The notes under the pieces: model-generated
Database searches by the model: none
What the model was told of the DNA's origin: nothing
The model's input: the letters and a program-made list of their open reading frames with translations, nothing else
Assembly (NCBI GenBank): GCA_963709405.1
Contig: CAVPXM010000021.1
Location: forward strand, 47,315 to 71,314
DNA: 24,000 nt
Direction of reading: 5' to 3'
Origin: an uncultured Nitrososphaerales archaeon
Lineage (GTDB): Archaea > Thermoproteota > Nitrososphaeria > Nitrososphaerales > Nitrososphaeraceae
In this document: one piece after another, positions 8,196-18,777 of the stretch
How positions within the stretch are numbered: position 1 is the stretch's first letter
Layout: every line of letters begins with the position of its first letter
Position numbers and translations under genes: made by a program

Positions 8196-8753
8196 TTAGA
8201 TGACTTGCCAGGGTCGAGTAGCGAAGGTTACACCTAATCCAGCGCCGATAAGAATTACTTGGTAGGCCACATTGCCCCATGGAACAGGCTTAAGTATTGC
8301 AGGGCCAGTTACTTGAACTGTTTGACCCGGACCGAGGCCTGGCCCAATGTGTTCAATATTCAGTTGAGTGTGAACGTGGTATGTGCCAGGTTCCAATGCC
8401 TTTACTGTTATTGAGTACGGAACGTTTGCTCCCGCGGGAATATCAAATATGTTGCCTGGAGGATCTCTAGACATAAATTCCCATCTATTCCCTGCATTTG
8501 TCGACTCACTAAATAGGGACAACCATGCTCTGAGAGGCCGATTAACTAGACTCTGAAGCGTACCAGTGACAGTTAGTGTATCACCTGTATGCAAGGTTTG
8601 AGCTGAAAAGGATTCATCAGCTATCCTAACAAATCTACTCTGTAACTGAGCCTGTACTCCGTGTGCATGCGCTGTTGGCAAGTATGCCAATAGCGTAGAC
8701 AAAACTGTCGCCGCAACGAGAGACGTCACTATATACGTCTTGCACTTGATCAT
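8196..8753 (-). CDS. amoB: ammonia monooxygenase subunit B (archaeal short form)
   Basis: A signal peptide ending in AHA is followed by HGVQAQLQSRF. Also present are SESTNAGNRWEF, RDPPGNIFDIP, KALEPGTYHVHTQLN and GPGLGPGQTV, plus a C-terminal TM helix. The track ORF starts at GTG 8783, but the A/T box is only ~9 nt from that codon, so ATG 8753 (MIKCKTYIV...) is more likely. Confidence 0.93.
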   Translation of the reverse strand: MIKCKTYIVTSLVAATVLSTLLAYLPTAHAHGVQAQLQSRFVRIADESFSAQTLHTGDTLTVTGTLQSLVNRPLRAWLSLFSESTNAGNRWEFMSRDPPGNIFDIPAGANVPYSITVKALEPGTYHVHTQLNIEHIGPGLGPGQTVQVTGPAILKPVPWGNVAYQVILIGAGLGVTFATRPWQVI

Positions 8754-8786
8754 GCCTTTGTATCTAGCGGTACCAGTAGACACAAA

Positions 8787-8801
8787 GATATATATTTTGC
8801 T
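8787..8801 (-). promoter_or_regulatory. BRE/TATA-like box of amoB
   Basis: The minus strand reads AGCAAAATATATATC, centred about 39 nt upstream of ATG 8753. It shares AGCAAAAT[A/T]T with the amoX box. Confidence 0.45.
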
Positions 8802-9384
8802 GTGATGCCCTGGCGTTTATCAACTTGACTTAGGGCGCAAACCTCGCATCGTGGTAAATAAATGTAGCTTTCGGATCGAGTTATGCAAATATTTCTCATA
8901 TAATCGTAGCTTTTTTCATGCTTACTTTTCAGCAGTCTAAAGCTTTCTGTTCATTTGGGTAAACAAAATCAAAGTCATATAGGTTTGTGCAGGTTTACTA
9001 GAGCAAGACAAATCGATTTGAGAACAGATCTCTAACTAATCCGAGAAGGTAAGATATTGTCTAAATATAGGCCGAAATATTACAATCTTGTAATTAGAAG
9101 GTCTGTAAAAATTTTTCAAAATTCTAGGTTCGAGGCTATGAGATTTCATTTTACGTTAGATGGAATTGATATGAGGGATGTTCGCACTCCATCGATTTCT
9201 AATACCAAACGATGCGAGTTCGAACTAAAAAGTTGACAATAACTATATCATTCAAATATGATATCAGGGGTAAATGTGATACAAGAATATCGAACATACA
9301 ATGCTAGTTACTGTGTATACGGACACAACGAGTTTAGTAGCTATAAAATACATATGTTAGTTCTGATGAAACCGCAATAGCAAT

Positions 9385-9400
9385 AGCAAAATTTAAAAAG
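9385..9400 (+). promoter_or_regulatory. BRE/TATA-like box of amoX
   Basis: AGCAAAATTTAAAAAG, centred about 30 nt upstream of ATG 9424. This implies a leaderless or very short-leader mRNA. Confidence 0.45.
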
Positions 9401-9423
9401 GTATTGTCTTAATAATACATCAA

Positions 9424-9717
9424 ATGACATTACCGAAGGGATGGGGCACAGGTGGAAGGAGAGGCGAAAGCAGAGACGATGTTGAAAAGATGATAGGACG
9501 CAGAGTCGAGAATATGGCTCCCATATTCATCCTAGGATTTGTGCTGTGTTGGGTTGCTACTGCTGGAGGTGTATATGTGGGTGTTACAATATATCCATGG
9601 GCATATCCGTTGCCTAGCGGCGTGTATGCGTTGTCTGTTTTGACTGTCATCGAAGGATTGGGATTCCTCTTCATAATGAAGATTAGTCGCGAGAAGCTTG
9701 GTTATGCATCATACTAG
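9424..9717 (+). CDS. amoX: AmoX (small membrane protein conserved next to archaeal amoA)
   Basis: 97 aa with two TM helices (APIFILGFVLCWVATAGGVYVGV, VYALSVLTVIEGLGFLFIM), located directly upstream of amoA as in other AOA. The antisense ORF 9420-9674 was rejected. Confidence 0.75.
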   Translation: MTLPKGWGTGGRRGESRDDVEKMIGRRVENMAPIFILGFVLCWVATAGGVYVGVTIYPWAYPLPSGVYALSVLTVIEGLGFLFIMKISREKLGYASY

Positions 9718-9781
9718 GATATAAGATTCCTTATTTGATGGGTTGTGCAATTACCATATTTTCTATGAGATTTCTCACTTC

Positions 9782-9796
9782 TTTTTTCTAATTTTT
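9782..9796 (+). terminator. T-tract between amoX and amoA
   Basis: TTTTTTCTAATTTTT lies 65 nt after the amoX stop codon. Confidence 0.3.
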
Positions 9797-9872
9797 ACCG
9801 CTTTCTGGAACGTTATTTATGCAAGAGCCGATTTATCACTTATTAAATAACATGCAATTAGACTGTTCATAA

Positions 9873-9886
9873 ATTTTATATATTAC
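9873..9886 (+). promoter_or_regulatory. TATA-like box of amoA
   Basis: ATTTTATATATTAC, centred about 26 nt upstream of ATG 9906. This suggests amoA has its own promoter and a leaderless mRNA. Confidence 0.5.
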
Positions 9887-9905
9887 CTATCTTAGTACGT
9901 TACTA

Positions 9906-10556
9906 ATGGTCTGGCTTCGACGCACAACGCACTATCTGTTTATAGTAGTAGTTGCTGTAAACAGCACACTATTGACTATTAATGCTGGAGACTATATATT
10001 CTACACTGATTGGGCATGGACGTCATTCGTAGTATTCTCTATCTCTCAATCGACAATGCTTGTGGTAGGGGCAATATACTATATGCTATTTACAGGAGTG
10101 CCGGGTACGGCTACTTATTATGCAACCATTATGACGATATATACGTGGGTTGCAAAGGGCGCCTGGTTTGCATTAGGATACCCATACGACTTCGTTACAG
10201 TACCGGTTTGGATACCTTCAGCAATGTTATTAGACCTGACATATTGGGCAACGAGAAGGAATAAACACGCCGCTATAATCATAGGCGGGACACTCGTAGG
10301 TTTATCTCTTCCAATGTTCAATATGATCAACCTTCTACTGATTAGAGATCCACTAGAGGTAGCTTTCAAGTATCCTCGTCCAACACTACCGCCGTACATG
10401 ACTCCCATCGAGCCTCAGGTCGGGAAGTTCTACAACAGTCCCGTAGCCTTAGGAGCAGGCGCAGGAGCAGTGCTATCAGTGCCAATTGCAGCATTGGGTG
10501 CTAAACTAAACACGTGGACATATAGATGGATGGCCGCGTGGAGTAAGTGGGATTAA
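9906..10556 (+). CDS. amoA: ammonia monooxygenase subunit A
   Basis: 216 aa. The sequence MVWLRRTTHYLFIVVVAVNSTLLTINAGDYIFYTDWAWTS ... KYPRPTLPPYMTPIEPQVGKFYNSPVALGAGAG ... TWTYRWMAAWSKWD is the canonical archaeal AmoA. Confidence 0.97.
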   Translation: MVWLRRTTHYLFIVVVAVNSTLLTINAGDYIFYTDWAWTSFVVFSISQSTMLVVGAIYYMLFTGVPGTATYYATIMTIYTWVAKGAWFALGYPYDFVTVPVWIPSAMLLDLTYWATRRNKHAAIIIGGTLVGLSLPMFNMINLLLIRDPLEVAFKYPRPTLPPYMTPIEPQVGKFYNSPVALGAGAGAVLSVPIAALGAKLNTWTYRWMAAWSKWD

Positions 10557-10570
10557 GCTTCCCAACCTAA

Positions 10571-10596
10571 TTTTCTTTTTTTTGAAGGGTTTTTGT
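10571..10596 (+). terminator. oligo-T tracts downstream of amoA
   Basis: TTTTCTTTTTTTTGAAGGGTTTTTGT begins 15 nt after the amoA stop codon. Confidence 0.4.
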
Positions 10597-10926
10597 TCGA
10601 AATTCATTTTGTCTTATATTTTAGCAATGGATTACATGTTTACATATTCGAGTCATGAATCTAGCATAGTAAACCTAGGTAAACTACGGGTAATTTCATA
10701 AGATAATTCCTAAATTCTAATCTAGTTTAAATTCACATTCAATCACAATTGATTATGGAATATGAACGATTAATCTTGATACTTCATTCACTCGAACCCT
10801 GACTAGTCATTGAATTACATCTAAATTGTACTTGGCCAGGCACTATTCAAATCCACGAGGTTATAAAAGAACCTTGCTTAGTACCTAATGCTAAATGCTA
10901 TCCTAGACTGATTATGGTACAGTAAT

Positions 10927-13846
<2,920 letters not shown>

Positions 13847-13901
13847 GTATATAATTTTGAATTTTTCTTGCTTTTAATGCTTTAGTATTGGAGAATACTA
13901 T

Positions 13902-14048
13902 TCATCCTCCTCCAGTAACAGCATCATATAAACAGCATTCGCAATTATCAAGTTCTCCGCAGTATGGGCATGCGCACATACACGCTTCCATTGAATTTCC
14001 ACAATATTCGCATAAAGTTCCGTCGCTAGTAGATGTCTTTTCGTTCAT
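13902..14048 (-). CDS. 48-aa cysteine-rich micro-protein (9 Cys), putative metal-binding
   Basis: Not in the track because it is under 60 aa. ATG start. Product MNEKTSTSDGTLCEYCGNSMEACMCACPYCGELDNCECCLYDAVTGGG. It is the only open frame in this interval on either strand. An A/T box lies 35-52 nt upstream. The ORF ends 55 nt before the OFOR alpha start, in the same orientation. Confidence 0.45.
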   Translation of the reverse strand: MNEKTSTSDGTLCEYCGNSMEACMCACPYCGELDNCECCLYDAVTGGG

Positions 14049-14226
14049 AATGCATCGATCTTAATGTCTTGTGCACTCACCGCTATTATAGTTTATAAAC
14101 TCAGTGTAATACTTCGATGTCCCTCAACTTCATAGTCTTCTAAATGTGATGGGTTACGGATTACTCTGATTTATCCTCTCCTGAAAAAAACTAATATCTA
14201 TATAAGTGTTCTAAGAACAGATTCTT

Positions 14227-15183
14227 ATGGTAATTTCTGTTGCCCAGCAGCAACCAGTGGGGACAAGATTAGATGAGATTGAAAAGTCAAAAATCATTCG
14301 TGGTACTGTCCTAGTAAAGCGCGGTTTTGCGCGCATGCAAAAACATGGTGTAATTATGGACATAACTAATGCTGAACAAGCTCGGATTGCTGAGGATGCT
14401 GGGGCTGTAGCCGTTATGGTACTGGACAAGTTACCATACGACGTAAGAAAAATGGGCGGCGTTGCAAGAACAGCAAGTGTGAATGTCATACAGGAAATTA
14501 TTGATACCGTCACTATTCCAATAATGGCAAAATGTAGAATTGGCCATGTCTCCGAAGCAGATCTTCTCCAAGCGATTGGTGTCGACATGATAGACGAGAG
14601 TGAGGTTTTGACACCAGCAGATGAAGAACGACATATATGGAAATGGGAGTACACAACGCCCTTTGTGAACGGCGCAAAAAATCTCGGTGAGGCATTACGA
14701 AGGATCGAGGAAGGTTGCGCGATGATTAGAACCAAAGGTGAGCCCGGCACCGGCAATGTTGCGGAAGCAGTTTCACACATAAAATTAGTCAATAATGAGG
14801 TTCGGAGGATCAAATCTTTACACGGAGATGAGCAAGAATTAATGATTGCAGCAAGGGAGATGAAGGCCTCTTTTTTTCTAGTGGAAGAGACTGCTCGTCT
14901 TGGTAGATTGCCAGTTGTTAATTTCGCTGCAGGAGGTATTTCAACTCCAGCAGATGCAGCCTTTCTTATGAATTTGGGTTGTGATGGCGTGTTCGTCGGA
15001 TCTGGAATTTTTAAAGCGAATGATGCATGTCAAAGGGCAAGAGCTATTGTTCTTGCCACTGCGCACTATGACGATACCAAGATTGTTGCTGAGGCACAAA
15101 GTATGATTGATGAAAGAAAATCAATGCTTGGGCTTGATACAAAAAATCTTGACCTGAGGATGCAGGAAAGAGGACCATTTTGA
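14227..15183 (+). CDS. pdxS: pyridoxal 5'-phosphate synthase, lyase subunit PdxS
   Basis: 318 aa with [57 protein letters not shown] and the [13 protein letters not shown] motif. Confidence 0.95.
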   Translation: MVISVAQQQPVGTRLDEIEKSKIIRGTVLVKRGFARMQKHGVIMDITNAEQARIAEDAGAVAVMVLDKLPYDVRKMGGVARTASVNVIQEIIDTVTIPIMAKCRIGHVSEADLLQAIGVDMIDESEVLTPADEERHIWKWEYTTPFVNGAKNLGEALRRIEEGCAMIRTKGEPGTGNVAEAVSHIKLVNNEVRRIKSLHGDEQELMIAAREMKASFFLVEETARLGRLPVVNFAAGGISTPADAAFLMNLGCDGVFVGSGIFKANDACQRARAIVLATAHYDDTKIVAEAQSMIDERKSMLGLDTKNLDLRMQERGPF

Positions 15184-15797
15184 AGAATTCTATTAAAATT
15201 GGGGTTCTGGGTATACAGGGTGACATCGAAGAAAATGTCTCATGTACCATATCCGCATTAAAGAGAGCTAGACGACGGGGAGAAATCAAAGTAGTACGCC
15301 ACTCTGAGGAGATTGAAAACCTGGACGGCTTGATCATACCTGGTGGTGAAAGTACTGTGATGAGCTCACTTATCTCAACCCAGGAAAATGTCTTTCAATC
15401 CATCAAGAGACGCATCTCAGAAGGTATGTCTGTAATGGGTATATGCGCGGGTATGATATTGCTTTCTAGAAGAGCTTATGATAGAGTTATAGGCGAAACA
15501 AAACAGAATTTACTATCCGTCTTGGATATAGTTGTAGAAAGGAATGCCTTTGGTAGACAAAATGAGTCTTTTGAAACCTATTTGAAGATACCACTAATTG
15601 GTAAAACCAAATTTAAGGCCATCTTTATACGAGCGCCGATCGTAACAGAGATAGGTGCCGGAGTGGATGTCGTAGCAAAGTTTGACGAGAAGATCGTTGC
15701 TGTGAAACAGAACAATATCATTGCCACTGCTTTTCACCCGGAATTGATTGATGACAAGCTTCACACTTTGTTTATAAAAAGTGTCTCTCAGGTTTAA
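15180..15797 (+). CDS. pdxT: pyridoxal 5'-phosphate synthase, glutaminase subunit PdxT
   Basis: 205 aa with [18 protein letters not shown], nucleophile GICAGMILL, and FHPE. The TTG start overlaps the pdxS TGA stop (TTGA), consistent with translational coupling. Confidence 0.9.
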   Translation: MKNSIKIGVLGIQGDIEENVSCTISALKRARRRGEIKVVRHSEEIENLDGLIIPGGESTVMSSLISTQENVFQSIKRRISEGMSVMGICAGMILLSRRAYDRVIGETKQNLLSVLDIVVERNAFGRQNESFETYLKIPLIGKTKFKAIFIRAPIVTEIGAGVDVVAKFDEKIVAVKQNNIIATAFHPELIDDKLHTLFIKSVSQV

Positions 15798-15832
15798 CAA
15801 TCATGATGTGGATTCCACGATCAACTAAATGA

Positions 15833-15953
15833 TGCGGGGGGTGGGATTCGAACCCACGAACCGCTAAAGGACGGGATAACCCATTTCTTAAGATCTTAAG
15901 TCCCGCGTCTCCAATTTATTAAATTATATTTGGCCGGGCTCTACAACCCCCGC
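15833..15953 (-). tRNA. tRNA-Leu(UAA) precursor with two introns (121 nt, about 85 nt when spliced)
   Basis: The acceptor stem GCGGGGG/CCCCCGC closes correctly, with discriminator A. The T arm is GTGGG-TTCGAAT-CCCAC. The D loop is AGCCCGGCCAAA. The anticodon stem CGGGA/TCCCG and loop CTTAAGA form only after two inserts are removed. These are a 17-nt insert at about 37/38 (15878-15894) and a 19-nt insert in the 3' D-stem region (15908-15926). A long variable region marks it as class II. Confidence 0.8.
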
Positions 15954-16260
15954 ATGGTATCCAAATTATTGACGACTACGTAATTAAACCTTAAGTTATG
16001 GGCCATTCTGCAGGATAATGGGTGGGTTGAGGATAAACCTACATAATTTACTCTGTGTTCGGCGTATCAGATTTCGCGTGTCGTTGACTCATTCAGATCA
16101 TTTGACCACTATCAAGATTAGATCTCGTGGTTACCTCATTTTACTCCTCGTAAAGTTGCATCCTGACCTAGTACGACTGATAATACGGACTTGACCGTCT
16201 TTCAATCGGCTAGAGTATGACAACATTAATGAAGCCCTGATGTCATGTAGAAATCTTGTT

Positions 16261-16334
16261 GCCTTGGTAGCTCAGTATGGTAGAGCGTTGCCTTGGTAAG
16301 GCAAAGGTCCCGGGTCCAAATCCCGGCCAAGGCT
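16261..16334 (+). tRNA. tRNA-Thr(GGU)
   Basis: Clean 74-nt cloverleaf. Acceptor GCCTTGG/CCAAGGC. D stem GCTC/GAGC. Anticodon stem TTGCC/GGCAA with loop TTGGTAA. T stem CCGGG/CCCGG. Confidence 0.93.
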
Positions 16335-16829
16335 TTCATGTTTGATTCAGATCTGCAACGCTATTAGCCGAAAACTCAAAGTCTATAGCTATTATCTTCT
16401 TTTAATTAATAGAGAACCAGTTTTCTGAATGATAAAATTGAGTCAATGATTAATCGTCATACTTTATTCTAGATTTGCATATCCAAATGCATTTTAGTAA
16501 CTTTTAATAACTTTTAACAATCTTCTATGATGACCAGATGAATAGGTCAAGGATTCTATTTGTATAAAAGTGTAGGCAAAAACTACCGTTGTTTTAAATG
16601 CATTGTGATACTTGTGATACTTTAAGACGCAACGGTTTCATACTTTCAGAATATAATGGACATCGTGGTAAGCAACATTAAGCTAATGGTGTATTTTTTG
16701 GTAGTTCTTAAAACGGGTAACTAGATAAGATATCAAACTCTTATCCTTTTACTCTCAGGAATATGTTAAAGCGCATTAAAAACATTGACTTGCTCTAATG
16801 TTTATGCGGTTTCATATTCCATTTACGTC

Positions 16830-17286
16830 TTACTCCTTACTAACATCTTTCATAGACTCGATTATTCTTGCATTGACATCGTCTATGTCTAGGTTTTCCT
16901 TTAAGTATTCTACAAAATCACTTGAGCTGATTATACCCACAGGCTTGCTTGTGTCATTATCTCGGACTACAAGCAAGTGCCTGACCTTATTCTGCAGCAT
17001 TATGTCAGCTGCTACTTCTATTTGTGAATTCGCATCAATAGTTACTATGGATGAAGACATTATATGTTGAACCATGGTATGTTTACTGCTGGCGTCATGA
17101 ACACATATTCTCGATACTAAATCTCGATCAGTTACCATTCCTATCGCCGTATCATTGTCATCAATTACTACCAACGAGCTAATTGCTTTATCGTTCATCC
17201 TTTTTGCTGCCTTCCTGAGCTGTAGCTGAGGCTTTAATGGTTTCTAACTTTTGAGTCATTAATTCTGCGATCGAAGTTGTGGCCAT
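16830..17286 (-). pseudogene. CBS-pair domain protein, reading frame broken by a 1-nt insertion near 17211 (intact 3' ORF 16830-17198)
   Basis: The track ORF begins in the middle of a CBS domain (MNDKAISSLVVIDDNDTAIGMVTDRDLV...). Upstream, in another frame, ATG 17286 opens MATTSIAELMTQKLETIKASATAQE, the normal start of a CBS domain. Removing one G from GAAGGCA (minus strand) joins the two into a 151-aa protein. Confidence 0.65.
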
Positions 17287-17722
17287 ACCTCAGAATCTGG
17301 GAAGCCGTTGTCTATATAAAGATTGGCAATTGGCTGATCCCTAGACTCTAAGTGATTTATGAGGTTCATTCACCTGCTATCATTGTCCTCCGCTACTCGA
17401 TTTGAATGTCTTTTCTAGTATTAAATCGAGATGATCCTATGAGCCCCATTGCAACGCACTAAACGATACGAATTATCTATGATGTGAGTAAGGATTCTAG
17501 AATTACATTCAGAAATTGAACTTAACAGGATCATTTCTGGTTGAATTGAGTTAGCTAAGAAGGTATGCTTTCTAATAGTGGTACGCCTCTAATAGACTTG
17601 ATCGCAAAATTAAATATATTTTTGTAATATTTACAATTCTTACATATTAGGGTAACTTAAAGGGGACAAAATGGGCTCGCCGTATAGCTATTCTTATATT
17701 TAAGCATGAGAAATCATACAAA

Positions 17723-17956
17723 TTGGTAATACAGGCTTATTGTGTAAAGTGTAAATCCAAACGAGACATGAAAGATGACAAGCAAATAACGATGAAGAAT
17801 GGACGACAAGCCATTACTGGAATCTGTACAACATGTGGTACTAAGATGTTCAAAATAGGCGGTGGAAGCACTAAAGTGGCCGCGAAGGTAAAGCCTACAA
17901 GCAAGAAACCAGTAAAAAAGGCTACGAAGACGAAAACGAAGAGTAAAAGGAAATAG
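17723..17956 (+). CDS. small zinc-ribbon protein (DUF5679-like) with a lysine-rich C-terminal tail
   Basis: 77 aa with CVKC...x22...CTTC, a four-Cys ribbon, and the conserved-looking ITMKNGRQAITGICTTCGTKMFKIG. The tail is KVAAKVKPTSKKPVKKATKTKTKSKRK. TTG start, with an A/T box (TTCTTATATTTAAGC) centred about 25 nt upstream. Confidence 0.7.
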   Translation: MVIQAYCVKCKSKRDMKDDKQITMKNGRQAITGICTTCGTKMFKIGGGSTKVAAKVKPTSKKPVKKATKTKTKSKRK

Positions 17957-18309
17957 TTATTTTCTGTTTTACTTTGGTTAGGTCGGTCACCATTCGTTCA
18001 TTCTAACCTATTTTTAGCTAGCTTATTAGCACTCATTGAATGGCTACAACAGCCAGTTAAAACCAGATTCCAAATATATAACACGCATTATTATAAAGAA
18101 TTCGAGTTTGATGTTGTTCTCAATTTCACGCTTTATTCGGGCAATTCCATCTCGGAGATTTATCTGGTCTTTTAGGCACCTAATCAGGCAGACTTTATAC
18201 TTCGATTTATTCTAATCTAACATGATTGTCATCTGAGTCAGATCAAGCTCGCTAGCGTCTATATCTGCTAACAATAGTACTGATTAATTTCGAGGTAGAT
18301 AGAATATAA

Positions 18310-18777
18310 TTGGCATATTTTTATGGGACTTACATAACTTATAGAATAGTTATCTACTACGAATCTGATCAAGGCCCATTACCACTTGGTTTAGCTGTTC
18401 CCAAGATGTTAGAAACGGGTAATTCTAATATCACTAATCAGGTACGAAATATAGAAGCAGAGCAACACGTTCTTTTGGATGACGGGACGTTCGTGAATAC
18501 AGAATCGGAAATGTGCAGAATTGAAAATGAAAGCAGATACGCTAAGCTTCATTCTTCTCAAAGAGAGCAATCAAATGACGGTCCTAGTAGCTCGGGAGAC
18601 ATCAATCATCCTAAACTACCGCCATCACATATTTCTGGTATAGACCTTCGTTCCGGATCGAACAGACTACTTGAATCAGTTCCAGAATTAGTTGATTCAA
18701 ATTATCTTCTAGAAAAATCGGGCGAAAATAGGAATGTCAATATAAAACAAAAGTCACTTTTGGAATTCATCGGTTAA
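18310..18777 (+). CDS. hypothetical hydrophilic protein (start uncertain; first ATG at 18406)
   Basis: ORF only. The product is acidic and Ser/Asn-rich with no motif recognised. The TTG-initiated N-terminus looks non-coding. Confidence 0.3.
   Translation: MAYFYGTYITYRIVIYYESDQGPLPLGLAVPKMLETGNSNITNQVRNIEAEQHVLLDDGTFVNTESEMCRIENESRYAKLHSSQREQSNDGPSSSGDINHPKLPPSHISGIDLRSGSNRLLESVPELVDSNYLLEKSGENRNVNIKQKSLLEFIG

Noticed and set aside
8784-9423. Looked for an amoC remnant or a small subunit gene in the amoB-amoX spacer, including the mini-ORF 9138-9236 (MRFHFTLDGIDMRDVRTPSISNTKRCEFELKS)
   Set aside because: No frame shows AmoC-like hydrophobic segments. The 32-aa ORF is hydrophilic and has no supporting signals. 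The region is treated as regulatory spacer.
9420-9674. 84-aa minus-strand ORF overlapping amoX
   Set aside because: The plus-strand product has the two-TM AmoX-like architecture and the expected position upstream of amoA. The minus-strand product has no TM helices and no start context.
10010-10408. ORFs 10010-10264 (+) and 10118-10408 (-) inside amoA
   Set aside because: They are alternative-frame and antisense shadows of the unambiguous amoA reading frame.
14207-14219. Palindrome TGTTC-TAA-GAACA between the pdxS A/T box and its ATG
   Set aside because: Five-bp arms are expected by chance many times in 24 kb, so this is not distinguishable from background without comparative data.
14211-14813. 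200-aa minus-strand ORF antisense to pdxS, plus the nested ORFs 14431-14634 and 14513-14695
   Set aside because: It lies entirely inside the strongly motif-supported pdxS gene on the opposite strand. The product is low-complexity (Ser/Ala/Ile/Thr-rich) and has no motif, which is typical of a shadow ORF.
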